Below, piece by piece: positions 1-12,400 of a stretch of DNA of 64,000 bases (the first letter of the stretch is position 1; the number at the start of each line of letters is the position of its first letter). Source of the DNA: Phoronis australis (Eukaryota; Animalia; Phoronida); assembly GCA_002633005.1 (NCBI GenBank), contig NMRA01000314.1:62001-126000 (forward strand). The letters are read 5' to 3'. The notes under the pieces were generated by a model that searched no databases, had not been told where the DNA came from, and saw only the letters and a list, made by a program, of their open reading frames with translations. A program made the position numbers and the translations under genes.

Positions 1-96
1 ACAAAAGTATATAATAGCGACTAATAGATATATAAGGCAATAAAATGTACCTGGAAAGGGGAAAGGGGAGCGGGGGAAGGACTTTCACGCGCCATT

Positions 97-127
<31 letters not shown>
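97..127. repeat. (CA)n-(CG)n alternating purine-pyrimidine tract
   Basis: cacacacacacacaacacgcgcgcgcgcgcgc. Confidence 0.9.
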
Positions 128-2680
128 CGTGTTGAAATTATGTCTGGAGAAATTAGGTTCTATATAAATACGTACAAACATAAATACATATAAAAATAAT
201 AATAACAGTACAACTTTGATGATTTCTAGAATACTAATTAAAAGCAATTGATGATTTCTTCACAATAAGCCATTAACGACTCCTATTTTTACAATAAGCC
301 ATTAACGTCCTATTCTGCACAGTATCTTATGCAGCAACATTTTGAAAATAATTCGTAACAAGGTTTTGGAGCACAGTGCTTGAAATATGGTATTTAAAAG
401 TTTCATATGGATCCGAAGAGCCATTACTGAGATGTAATATTCCAGAGTTTGCCAAATTTACACATTTTGTCAGATGCTGCTTACAGTATACATTTAATCT
501 TAAAGATAGTCACAGGTTTTGATGAAAGCGAATGTCTGTCACTAAACGCCAAGAATTGGCGATTTGTGATGAAATCGCAAAATTATAACGGATTCCCTTG
601 CTTCATAGCAATGGTCAGAGCTAATAAATTAAATAACAAAATAATCCCAAAATATGTTTTTCGGGTGTAAAATTCATGTTTCCATGTGCTTTGAACTGAT
701 TATGAAGTTAAGTATACTTCTAATATTTCCGAGTCAATAATTCTTTGAATTGACCGCTCATACCTTTATAATGACCGTCGCTATGGTAATACGAATTGCT
801 TTATTTTTGTATTTTCTTCTGAAATAATGTAGAAATCACGTTGATTCAGTCCTCGGATTTTCTTCTTTAGAAGTAAGTCTTGTACGACAGCGCCTCCAGC
901 ACGTCATCGAATACCAAAGTATTTTAAGCATTTAATGCCATCCTATGACGTCACGTTTGTTTTAAATAACCGCAAAAAACAAACCACCAGTTGAATGCAA
1001 ACGCGCATCAAGGCTTCGCAGTTCGCACAATAACGCAATTATACAAAAGGTGTGTTTTCAAAAGCTAAGATTTTCACTGACATTCAATACACGTCACCTG
1101 AGCGATCTTCAGAGAATGCACTCTGACAGTGTTGACACGCATCTTACGATCGCACTGATATATTAGTGTATAACCAGTAATGCCATTTGTAGATTGTTTT
1201 GCATTAAAAGCGACTGTTAAATGATTACAAACATGGCATCTTTCTACAAATATAACCGAGTGTTCCTTTGTCCCCTTCTGGAAGGCTTTTCAAAATCTCT
1301 CCACGACGTTTTGGAAAAACCACCGATACGTGACTGACAGCACGAGTGATTGAGAAATGATCACAATACTAACCTACATGTACCTCCCTTCCAATAAATA
1401 TTTAGGGGATGTAATCAAATCATAAAACAACAATAATTGACTTTCACACTCGGTCAATATGTTGACTTTTAGTGCAAAAATGTAGCAGTGACCAGCTCCG
1501 CCTCGGCCATTTCCACATTTTTGAGTCTGAAAACCAACACATTGACGTCGGTGAACATTAGTAATTCTACAACTTCCCTTAAAGTTACAGACAGTTGGTC
1601 CATGCTATTAGCTCATATGTCACAAGAACTTGGGCCGTGCCACTTCCTTAAGAAACCGTAAAGTGGGTGAATGTGGGGCCACATGCGACAGGATCCCAAA
1701 ACAGGAGACAGGACGCCCTAATGCACATAAATACCTCCACAGCAAATCCCACTCAATTCGTTTGAAGGGGCACAGTTTCGCCCTCTAGGTGAAGCCGCAC
1801 ATGTTAAAGAAGGTGGTTTCGCGGAGATGAAGGCGATCTACCTGACATAAGCAGGGGACCTTCGAAAGATATGTCAACCAGCAAAGGGGGGAGTGAATAT
1901 TGTTCCTCGGTGAAACATTGTGGTGACCGGGGATAGCTCGGTAAAACGTTGTTGAGGGACGGGAAGTGAAAATTTGTGGCGACCATGGGCCATCAACTTT
2001 TTAAAACTTACGGACACAATGCTGTGGTGGTAAAATTTGAGGTAAGTAGGTGCCCAAAGCCAACGTATCACCTTGAGCAATGAACGTAACTTACGGTGCG
2101 TAGGCGCTACGTTCAAATGCCAAAAGGTGGATGGCTGTGCCTACGTGCGCCTACGCCCACTTCAGCACTGCTTACGGTCCCCAAGATGTCAACCTCCCCC
2201 TTTCGGCATTTTGTGACATTACGGGTCCCGCAGTCAACAATTATTTGAGGTGATGATCATAAAACTTCATTAACGAGCCGTCAATACACGTTGCTCTTTA
2301 TTACTTGCGATAGAGTGTTTATCACTCGTCGGTCAGTCGACGAGTACTCCATGGGTTAATAAACGGCACTTAACAATGTGCGAACGGATACATGATTTAT
2401 GCAGCTCTCTAATGAAAAGATTACACCCAACGGACACTTGGCTGGCAATGGCTGTGTGTATTTAAGCGTTTTTCGGCACACGCGGTTGATTTTTTGAAAG
2501 AACTAAGCGACGTGGTTCTGATTAAAGCCCGCCTATGCAGCTACTCGTCTGGGATACCGACCATACCGCGCGCTGCAGGTGATGAGATGACGACGTCACG
2601 CATGCCGAACGTTCGTTGAGGTTCCGGCTTTGAACAAAAAACCTGAGGAACTAAAGCAAGGAGATTTATACCAGTCCTAT

Positions 2681-2811
2681 ATGTTATTTACGCGTGATGT
2701 ATGTTCAAACGTGCCTGGTCCTAAATGTAATGCTAACGTGATGAACAAAGAACGCGAATGACGGTGAATTGTGGCCCGTTTGTGGACGATGACTTGACCA
2801 ACAAACAATGA
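2681..2811 (+). promoter_or_regulatory. Cluster of overlapping/abutting upstream ORFs before the Wnt9 start codon
   Basis: ATGs at 2681, 2697, 2701, 2725, 2730, 2741, 2758 and 2789. Stop/start junctions TAAATG, TAATG, TGATG, ATGA, ATGA lead into the main ATG at 2808. Requires the TSS to lie upstream, which is not shown. Confidence 0.45.
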
Positions 2812-2884
2812 ATGTGTTTTACCACTGCATCGTTGGATTATCATTTTTATTGAGTCTGATACCGCCTGCTGAGAGTTTTTTCGG
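2808..2884 (+). CDS. Wnt9: Wnt9-type ligand, coding exon 1 (signal peptide MNVFYHCIVGLSFLLSLIPPAESFFG)
   Basis: ATG at 2808 in ACAATG context, hydrophobic signal-like peptide, and a donor GG|GTAAGT at 2884/2885. Phase-2 join to the exon at 9194 gives ...SFFG-LTARK, matching the Wnt9 N-terminal (Y/F)FGLT motif. Not present in the ORF track. Confidence 0.85.
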
Positions 2885-5800
2885 GTAAGTTATAGAAATG
2901 TTACTCTCACTTTATAACATATTCGACAACAACGCATACACCAACTCGTACTAAATTTGACAATATTGCATCAAATTTTCACCGAGCGAATCGCGTCCTT
3001 AAATTGTTTTTAACAACAACCACCTCGTGATTTGTTTGGAAACACACGAAATGAAGTGTGCCTTTGCAACCTAAAATTATAGCTCTAAAAGGCTCCAAGC
3101 TACAACTGACATTTTCTTTGGAGTGACACACAAACTCAACTGTTTAATTCAAAGTGATTTTAGGCATGATTTATGCCGTTTAGCAACACTGTTTATTTTT
3201 ACCAGTGTGAAGCATTAAGAATGCAATAAATCAGAAATGTATCGCTTTGTCAGCGTGTTTTCACGAGATTTGATATACAGTGTACTTGATATACAATTTC
3301 CTTCAATGCGAGGATACAATCACATTTTGCTATCAACAGAATGACATTTATTATTTCTAAAAACTAAATGGCGTAAATCATACGTTTTAAGTATGATTGT
3401 GTGCACGTTTTGAGAGCCAAGCACAAAAAGAGAGAAACATTTAATCAGGCATTGATTTTGAGATCTTACGTAAAAACTGTCTGCCTCACTTGTCTATTAC
3501 GTTCCAATTATGTTTTGACTTTTTGGAATAGTTTGAAGGGCCACTAATGATTCTTAAATCAATCTTTTCTGCCTACTGGTAAATCTCTTAAACTTGTTGG
3601 TCGTTAAAGAGTTTCACTAATAGAAATGCTACAATTTCTGGAAACCTAAACGTGTCTGTAACGATCATCGCGAGTTAAAGCCTACATTTTGAATTGCTTG
3701 AATTTCGGCAAAACAGTCCGCCGGCCTATATCCAGAACAATGTTCTAAATACAGGACCTTGAGCTTTGCTGAGGGGCCACAGAAGTCAGTATGTAGGGTT
3801 AATTAAACGAGTTTCAAACAAAAAACAACACGTTACTGGTGTGAAACAGGACGTTTCGGGTTTTAAACGAAACTGACGGTACCATTTGAACAAATAAATC
3901 CCTGAAATATTTACCTATTGGTCTTCGTTCAATGTTGCACGCATGTATTCCATTTCTAAGCCCCGTGTTTACGAAACGGGCTGCTTTGTATTTGTGGGGG
4001 GGTACAAGAAAGGTAAAATCAAGCCATCTACTGATTGTACGCTTTAAAGGCGAACTATCAGACCGTCCCTGTAGTTTTGAAAGCGACGAGAAATGGGCTA
4101 GTTCAAACGTGACAGCTGATTCAGGTCAAAATGCAACTTCAAAAAGATACTTTTTGACTAACGTTAGACATTACAAAGGTCAAGGTTCACATTTGAGAAA
4201 CTCCAACTTGTGTTTGAAAGGTCGCATCACTGCACTGTAACTTTATATGACTCGAATCTCTTCAATAACCGTAATCATATTAAATATACGAAAGCATCTT
4301 GGACTCAAAACTTGTTTCAAGTTGCTCATTATTAACTCGCCTTCCGTCAAAAATTCTCCTAACATTCTCTGACCAGACATGCCTTCTCGGGTTGGTAATA
4401 ATTGCCTGTTCACTATTCCTTTAGACAATGTTTAACAACATAGCTTAGAATCACGGGGGGTCATACATGCTACATGGTGTCACTCCTCCTCAAGCCAAGA
4501 ACTCAATATTCTCATTTAAGGAACACGCTGAGACCAGTTTGATGGCGGTAAGGGGACCAAATCAAAAGTTAGTTCAATGCACCTTTAAGAAAAGTTGCAG
4601 AAAACCAACGAGCACAAAAACTGTATATCAGTACATGTTTATGTACTAGCTACATGTAGACACACAGTGAACGTGTTTGGCACTTTGGTCAGTTTGAGAC
4701 GGACAACCTAAATGTTTAGAGAAGAACGTAATTTACCTGTAACGTGTACCTAGAAAATCAGGGTTATCGGACAACGGCGGATCTAGGATGTCACGAATTG
4801 GACAATAGCAAACGCCGAAGGACGAATGTTCACGATGGCATGCCGAGTCTTGGCTCAGAGGCCTGTTTCATGAAAGGTGAATTAAGTCAGAAGTTTGGTC
4901 TTCCGTTTCACACAACTATTGCTTAAAAATTATTTAATATCTGATGAGATCAAAAATGCTAAGTCTCTGAGAATATAAACAACCGCTAGTTATTTACATT
5001 GTTTCTATGAATTATTTCTAAACTGTCATGCCCTCATAATTGGCTAGGCTTTTTGTGAAGTGGGGGGGTAAGATTAGCTTAATTTCCGCCTTAAATCTTC
5101 GTCACTTCTTAAATCATATCCTTTACTTTTTTCCGCAACAAAGTATCATGTTCATTACGCCATGTATCAGATGTCAATAGTCATGTAGGGTTTGATTTTA
5201 CTTTCTTTCTGTTTCTGTTGACGAAGGATGTTATTATATTCGAAAATTTCAGTGATCCATTTTTGTTGTTATATCTACGCATTTTTATTTCACTTCCACG
5301 AAACAGACACTAGGCTGCTTCACACGTGGGTCCTGTGAGAACAACAACGTAAAACAAGGGCGTCGCTCTTTTACGGACACCGTTTACGAATTCGAAGGAT
5401 TTCATCCACGCGGCTGCTGTCGTTTTTAAAATGCATTGAGGAAGTCTTGTCGGCTCGTGAATGTCATAAATAAGACGAGTGACCTGTTATTTAGGCGATG
5501 AAATTTAAGTTATGGCGCGTAACTCGAGAATCTCTTACGCCAAAGATTTCGTGTTATTGAATAGACAGCTCGCTTTCAATGTTTCATTTTTCCATGATGC
5601 TAGTCGGTAAACCAAACATGAATCATGATCAAAACAGTTTGCTCGTCCATACATTCCTAATGTACGATTCAGTGTCATAGATATCACACTCGAATTGCAC
5701 ATCAACTATTAATCCACACACGTCAAAATTACGATCGTGTGAAGGAATTTTGTCAGCAGAAATGATACGTTGAATGTTTTCCAAGGAAATCAAATCATTC

Positions 5801-6323
5801 AAATAGTCTTCTTCACTCGAAGATTCCACATTTCACTATTCGCTTAGTCCCTTCGTTATTTACATTTCGCACCTTGCGGTGAACTTGCGAACTAAAGCAT
5901 TCGCTTTTCTCATTGGCTGGCATTTGGGTAACTACTAAGTGTAATATGACGTCATTTGGTCGAAATCTATCAGGATAAGGTGGCTGACGACTTGATTAGT
6001 CGTCACTACAAAGAGGTTAAAATGAACCAAACATAACCAATTAAGACGGTTTATGGTGTTATAAGTACCTAATGGAATTTGCCTTAGCTAGTACTATCAC
6101 ACTCAAGAAGTATTCAGCACCCACACAGAGACTTTAATGTGATACATGTCGATTTCACAGAATCTGGGATACAATTTTTGATGGACATTCATCTCAACAA
6201 CATGTTGCAGTGGATCCGTGATTTCAATTCTTCTCCAAGGTTTCATCTTTGTACTCGGAAATCGACTCGTAAATTGACCAATGGCATGCTATGCTTCGAG
6301 TAAACTCACATATTTGTACTTAA

Positions 6324-7595
6324 AGGCGAAGGCAACCTTTTTTCATGTCATTTTTAGCAAAAATGAGGCTCGTTGATTATCCCAGACACATTTTTCACTT
6401 ATTGATTGCTTTTCGTAATTTAATTAATCACTCGTCGTCTTCTCCGGAAGAGTCAGTCATTGTTCTACCTCGGTTGTGATAAGTTCGGTCGTCGTTTGCT
6501 TTTGCTTACGAGTCAGTCAACATGCCACGCTGTTGCTGCGTATTGGGGTGTACTCATTATCGTCTCACGTACAGAGGAAAAACAGTCCCACTTGCCCGAG
6601 TGTCCCGCGACACACTCCCACTGGAGGGTGATCTGAGCACCCAAACTGCTTAGATCCCGCCGTGTGACTCCCTCGCCACATACCTGGCACCTTCTAAATA
6701 GCTCCAATACAAGTCCACGTCCACAATAAACTTATCAAACTTAGGCTCACCGATCTGTTCATTGGATGACGAACTGTCCTCTTCACTGGGTGTCGAACTG
6801 GGGCTGTATTCACTCCCACTACTCAACATCGCTGCAGGGCTGCTTACAGGCTCTGGGCTAGAGACAGCAGCACATGGCGAATCACTGCTAGTTCCCGGAA
6901 TTGCACGCAATGGGGTACGTTCGGAGGCACGGGTGACAGTAGATGAAGTGCCTCCAGTCACTGCATATAGGGGCCACAGCTCGCGAGACTTCTCGCTTCA
7001 AAAAAGCACTTCTCGGGGTGAGCGACGGGGCACTGCCGGGAATCAACAGCGACAGTATGGTACTCTTCTTCAGGCGTTGTTTCGCAGGGACCTTCATCAA
7101 TTCAGCGTACATATCTCTGTCGTAATCTGACGGCAGAAAATTCTTGCCACACACTCGGTAACCCTCCACTGCTTTGTACGTTGCGCGGACGGGTAGCGCT
7201 GCGTTCTTCACATGAACGAGCTAGCCAAGTACGGCGAAGTGTGTCATCCTTCGGAAAGCGACGCAAGGTACCCAAAGCGCGTGTGAGACGATAATGAGTA
7301 TATCCCGGCACGCAGCAACAGCGTGGCATGTTGACTGACTTGTAAACAAAAGCAAACGACGACCAAACTTATCACAACCGAGGTAGAACAATGTGTGACT
7401 CGACAGCCCTCACAGTCAGATTATAATGAAAAGAAATTGGCGCGAAACTCTTGCCTCCCAAAACGTCACTTCCGGAGTAGAGGACGAGAAATTAATCAAA
7501 TTACGAAAAGCTGTAATTAAGTGGAAAATGTGTCTGGGGTAATCAACGAACCTTATTTTTGCTAAAAGTGGCATGAAAAAAGGTTTCCTTCGCCT
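6324..7595 (-). mobile_element. Internally deleted Kolobok-type DNA transposon with long inverted arms, in Wnt9 intron 1
   Basis: TTAA on both sides (6320-6323, 7596-7599), AGGCGAAGG...CCTTCGCCT termini, imperfect inverted arms of about 250-320 bp, and an internal THAP-domain remnant. TTAA TSD, purine-purine termini and THAP are Kolobok hallmarks. Confidence 0.8.
6572..7329 (-). pseudogene. Frameshifted N-terminal part of a THAP-domain transposase
   Basis: MPRCCCVPGY...RRFPKDDTLRRTWL, then YRVCGKNF..SDYDRD...LKK (THAP C2CH fold, degenerate), a Ser-rich linker, and CQVCG...LQWECVAGHSGKW (Zn-finger-like). Spread over several reading frames; no DDE core. Confidence 0.75.
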
Positions 7596-8496
7596 TTAAC
7601 TCGTGGGGTGTGACTGGTTTTTAGAGTCAAGTCTGAGTTCATAGATCATGGAGCCTGGTGCACTCATTTGGGAACGTGTTCACCCAGGTTGTTTGTGATG
7701 TTATCGGACGTTTACGTGCCAACAACCACCTACAACTAACACATATATAACGCAACTTGAAAAACTGAGATTTGAAATTGTGACAACCTATTCCCTCGTT
7801 GATGGCGTATCAGCAGTCTAGCACTTGATCATTTGGTCGGAAATTTAGTACCCGAACAATTCACTCTGTGATCACGCAAAGTCTGTGAACGGTTCCACGA
7901 CACTGTAGTTTCAAATACATGATCTGGAACCGGAGACCAATTACAGTGCTTGGATTTTTGTGTCATTATAATATGTAGGAGTTTGAAAGCTGTACCGCTC
8001 TCACATTCAAGGCAGTTGTATTAGCAATTCTCCTGAACTGTTGATGCACAATAGTCAAAGAATGTAATCTAAACATAAAAGTCGTTTAGAAAACCCTTTC
8101 TGAAAAGTGAAGAGTTAATGCTGTTAAAAGCCATACGTTTTGAAATCTGATTATTTTACTGTTTAGAGCCTTCACATTTGTTTTGTTAAAAGCAGAAGAT
8201 AAATGCGGAAATAACTGCCGTTACTGGTTTACGTTAAAGAAACATTTTACCACAGAAAACAATTTTATCAAAATCTGTTGTTTAGCGGGTAAGTGATCAC
8301 TTCCGCCGTACAGTTAGCGACCCCTGTCCTCTTGTTCATTAAAGTGTCCTCAAGTTGATAGGCTTTCAGCCTTCCTCACCGGTCGCCAACATTTCGCGTT
8401 TGGCGCCCTTTTGTCGAATTCTTCTGACTGTGCCAGTGTTGAATTGTATGCATCAGTACAAAAATTAATCAAATAAACACTGAAAAATCGGAAACC

Positions 8497-8652
8497 CCAA
8501 CTGGGAATCGAACCACAGGTCTCTAGATTGCGGGTCTAGTGCTCTCACCACTGAGGACCCCATATCTGTGCAATTACTGTTTACAGCCAACTGTTAAGTG
8601 GTGAGAGCACTAGACCGGCAATCTAGCTACCTGTGGTTCGATTCCCAGTTGG
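8497..8652. repeat. Head-to-head inverted pair of tRNA-derived (SINE-head-like) sequences
   Basis: 8497-8555 (minus) and 8597-8652 (plus) both read AGTGGTGAGAGCACTAGACC.GCAATCTAG..ACCTGTGGTTCGATTCCCAGTTGG. This includes an A-box-like part, anticodon stem CTAGA/TCTAG and B-box GGTTCGATTCC. Acceptor stem is incomplete. Confidence 0.65.
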
Positions 8653-9193
8653 ACTCGGCAAAAGTCTTTAAGAGAAAGTTATTTAACTTTTTGTTAATTC
8701 TATTCTTGGAGTACCGTCGGATGCCGTGTGTGGGAAGCGTGAAACACCGTTTCAGTGTGATACGATTCTTCCTAAACCTGTCAGTCCGAGCCACTACTGA
8801 AAATCACACCGATTGTAATACAAAAAGGCTTTGGCACTCGAATCTCGTTGCCAAAATAACGTCACTACCTGTTTTAGAGTCACCGATTTACTGGTTGGGA
8901 TGCACGGTGCATATGGTAGCGTAGTGCGGAAATCACCTCAGTCCGATGACTCGTTTGTCGATCTCGGAATGTCAGAAAAGGTGCTGAAAGGGGCAAAGTG
9001 TTCCTTTAAAACTTAAGCTTTCTTACCCCGGCCGACCCCAGGTCTGGTGCTAGTTCTCGCAAGTGAAACATAATTAGATATTCTTTACCTGAAAATACAT
9101 TTTTAGTGTTGTAAGAGGGTAGAAGTTAGCACAAGTTTTCTATAAACAACTTACTCGTTCATTATGTACAGAAATTCAAACTTTGCTTTTCAG

Positions 9194-9471
9194 ATTGACT
9201 GCCCGGAAGTCCGTGTTGTCAATGGTGATGGACCTTCGTGGTTACAAGGATAACAGTATAAGAAGGCAACCAGCATCAGTGTCTACAGAGCAGATTTGTT
9301 CGCTGCTCAAACTGAATAAAAAACAATTACGCATCTGTATTAGAGATCGCGGTATAGCCGAGACGTTAGTGGAGGCGACACGAATGTCTATACTGGAATG
9401 TCAGTTCCAATTTCAGTACGAAAGATGGAACTGCACATTGGGGTCGCTGAGAGCAGCCATTTTAAGTAAAG
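9194..9471 (+). CDS. Wnt9: Wnt9-type ligand, coding exon 2
   Basis: Acceptor ctttgcttttcag| and donor AAAG|GTAGGT. Encodes the Wnt N-terminal Cys pattern C..LKL.KKQ..IC.RD.G.AETL.EA...S..ECQFQF..ERWNC. Frame is consistent with both neighbouring exons. Confidence 0.95.
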
Positions 9472-12400
9472 GTAGGTATCCTGTCACATGAAGACGCTGG
9501 TACGGTTTGCAGGTCCAAGTTATACCATAGACAAGAGTACATGTACCGCCAACTCTACATATTCTCAATGTAAAATATTGGTCTTGTTCATAAAATTACG
9601 GGAAAATCCTTAATCACTCCCGCAAAAAATTCCCAACAAACTGCACTGGTTCATCTTATAAGACGTATGTTAACACAAAGCACCAACAAAGTGGTTTCGC
9701 TTATTTTTGGAATAAATGCTCAAACTGACCAACTTTCAAACGGATTAATTTTGGATTGCAAATGAAATGTAATTCCTCTTGCCAAAGCAGTATAACTAGT
9801 TGTCAGACTTGTCTCAGACCTTTTTATTCAGTAATATAAAAATTTGCTTGTCCTCATTCGCTGCATCGGGGAATAAAAGTGCCAAAAAGCAACCAGTTGC
9901 CCATCCTTTCAAAACTTGATTGATTCGTATTAGTCGCTAAAGCAAATTGCAATGGTGGCAATAAAGTTTGGAACAGGTTTTCAATTTATTCCTTGAGTTT
10001 CGTAGATATCAAATGCCACAGTTTTCCCAATTTTACGGCATTAGCTACCATAGATAACATCGCAATAGTATTTTTCATTTCAAATATCAAGTTAATTTAT
10101 TAGGAAATGCAGATTCTAAGTTGATTTTTCACCTTATCGTCAATAGTGCACGACGTCAACATTCACAATGACGTCATACTGAGCATCAGCCACATCCCGA
10201 AATCCTCGTTTTTCATTTGGAGAGACAGAAAAAACGCCTCGCGTGATTGACCTAGTTTTAGAAAAAATGTAGTGCCGCTAAACCACACCTGAACCGTGTA
10301 AGACACGTGAAGAACGTTTTATCGTGCCTCTCTCAGCTTTTGGTTCTCTAAGTCATATTTACAGCTAATGGACAAATGTCCCACGGACAGCATTGTGGGT
10401 AAGCAGTCCTGGAACAGAGAGGGCGCTGTAGTATAGCAGGAAGTGAGTGTTGTGGGGTTTAGGTATGACTTTATTGAAACGGTAAATTTTGAATTTAATG
10501 AAGAAGAAATATCCCGCGTCAGATTATTCACATCAATTTATTTGATATCGAAATTCCAACAGCATAGCGCACTCGATATATAGTGAAAGGCAGAGGATAT
10601 CATTAAATTGACACGCTTTTGCCAGAGTAAACTCGTGTATTCTTAGGTGATTTTTTCTTTCTTATGTAAAAGAAAACACGGGTGAAAGGAAATAACGCAT
10701 TAAAGAAAACATAACGGTCGACCTTTCTGAGTATAGTCAAAACTATAAAATACAAGGTACTCATGAAAAAAGAGTTTACTTATGGTGATGTAAGAGAATC
10801 TGTGAACGAAAGTTTTCAAAAGGATTTCGATCATGAATTCAATGAGAAATTGGTCTTCAGTAAACCATGTGAATTTCGAATTTTTACCAGAGATGCCTCT
10901 TTTGACGCTGCTGTATCAGAAAAAAACTTATCTTGTTGCCTCCACTTCGAAGCTTTGTCATGGTGTTATACATAAATGCCCTTTTTCATTGAAACTGCGT
11001 AAAGAGTATTAATGTTTTCAAGACAAATTAAGGCTGTTCACCTTATGCATTGGGCGGCGCAGCACTGAAAAAAGTGGGAGCACCCCATCCCCCTGTGGTG
11101 CACCGCCCATGGTGTACCGCCCCTGTTATGGGCACGACTTGAAAGGTTGTCGGAAAGTTCATGTTTCGATTCTTGTATCTAGAAGAATACAATTAATGAC
11201 ATTGTAAATTCGCCTTTTGTCAAAAATGACCTTTCATTGTTACCGTTTACTGTTTTGAAATAGTGGTCAACTTGTTCCTTACACAGTCGAAAGAGAGATG
11301 ATCGCAAGAGTTTGGAAAAACTTGACAATTATTTATTGCTTGACACCAGACTCAACAGAATTGACTTGTGCAGGCGGGTCTTTCTATAAGCCGAGCATGG
11401 CTGGTCTCAAGCAATATCCTGTTGCTTGCTCTTTGAACTTCCTTTTCAAGCCCATGAGCCACTTTTCACCAGAGTAAGGAACATCTTGAAATCAGTTTCA
11501 TTGTATGAAGTGGTTTTAATCAGAAATATGTTTTTTGACGGAATGCTGGTGTGAAGCAGCATCGCTTGTCGTCGTTGACCCATAACAGGCTACCCGAACA
11601 ACACGGCACTTGTACAAATGTAAACGCGGGCCTGTAGACGCAGTCGCACTGGTGAAATCAGGTGTATTCAACTGGGGAGGAGGGGGGCTTACACGTAGTT
11701 GTACATTTACTGTTGAGGAGTGAAATTACGGGCAACCTGGGGACACTTTCCAATGAACTAGAGGAGGGGCAAACCTCCTCAGTGCATGGCTATGCTAGTC
11801 GGTCATCGACTAACAAACACAGCACACACAGACCAACAACTGCCACAGTGCCGAACTAAGAACTTGCCTTACGCACCCAAAACAGTTCTCGGAGTTCTAG
11901 AAACATCTCTGAAACAACGAAAATACCCGATATGTTCCGCACGTGTTCATGGATTCGTGTCCAGATTCACCAACACAGTGCACAGTCCGATTTGCTTCAC
12001 GGTGTTGGACGTTCAGTCAGCTGCGATTGTGATCTTACTGTGTTTTGGGGGTACGCAAGCCGTGAGTTGGTGTTTGTGAATTTACTGGGTCCGTGAGGCA
12101 TGAATTTGAGTGAGCAGGTATTTTTACGAGTGCGGCAGCAGTGCTGTTCGGGCAAAATGCGGCACGGATTTTGACAGAATCTCATCTGCAACGTTAGTTA
12201 AAGAAAAGCAATAGTCGTTCGTGAAATAGCCGGGAATTGAACAGAAAAGCATTTTCCCTATTTGTGAGGAATGTCTTTGTAGTAAAAAAAGACATTCATA
12301 AAAACAGCCGATGGAAAACACAGTTATAATACGGCACTGGATTTAAATTGCAAATGAATTGGACAAAAGGCGCACGTAGATTCTGTTGTTTTTTATGAAT

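Noticed and set aside
214-2634. TCF/LEF motifs CTTTG(A/T)(A/T) at 214, 689, 743 and 2628 suggesting Wnt autoregulation
   Set aside because: The count is close to chance expectation in AT-rich DNA (roughly 2-3 per 2.8 kb by my estimate).
5300-5829. Acidic 66-aa ORF (MESSSEEDYL...) with coding-like continuation on the minus strand
   Set aside because: Interrupted by stops in all frames and no recognisable domain; possibly a decayed TE gene but not assignable.
8497-8652. Functional tRNA genes here or at 52476-52809
   Set aside because: Acceptor and anticodon stems are incomplete or mismatched; better explained as SINE heads or pseudogenes.
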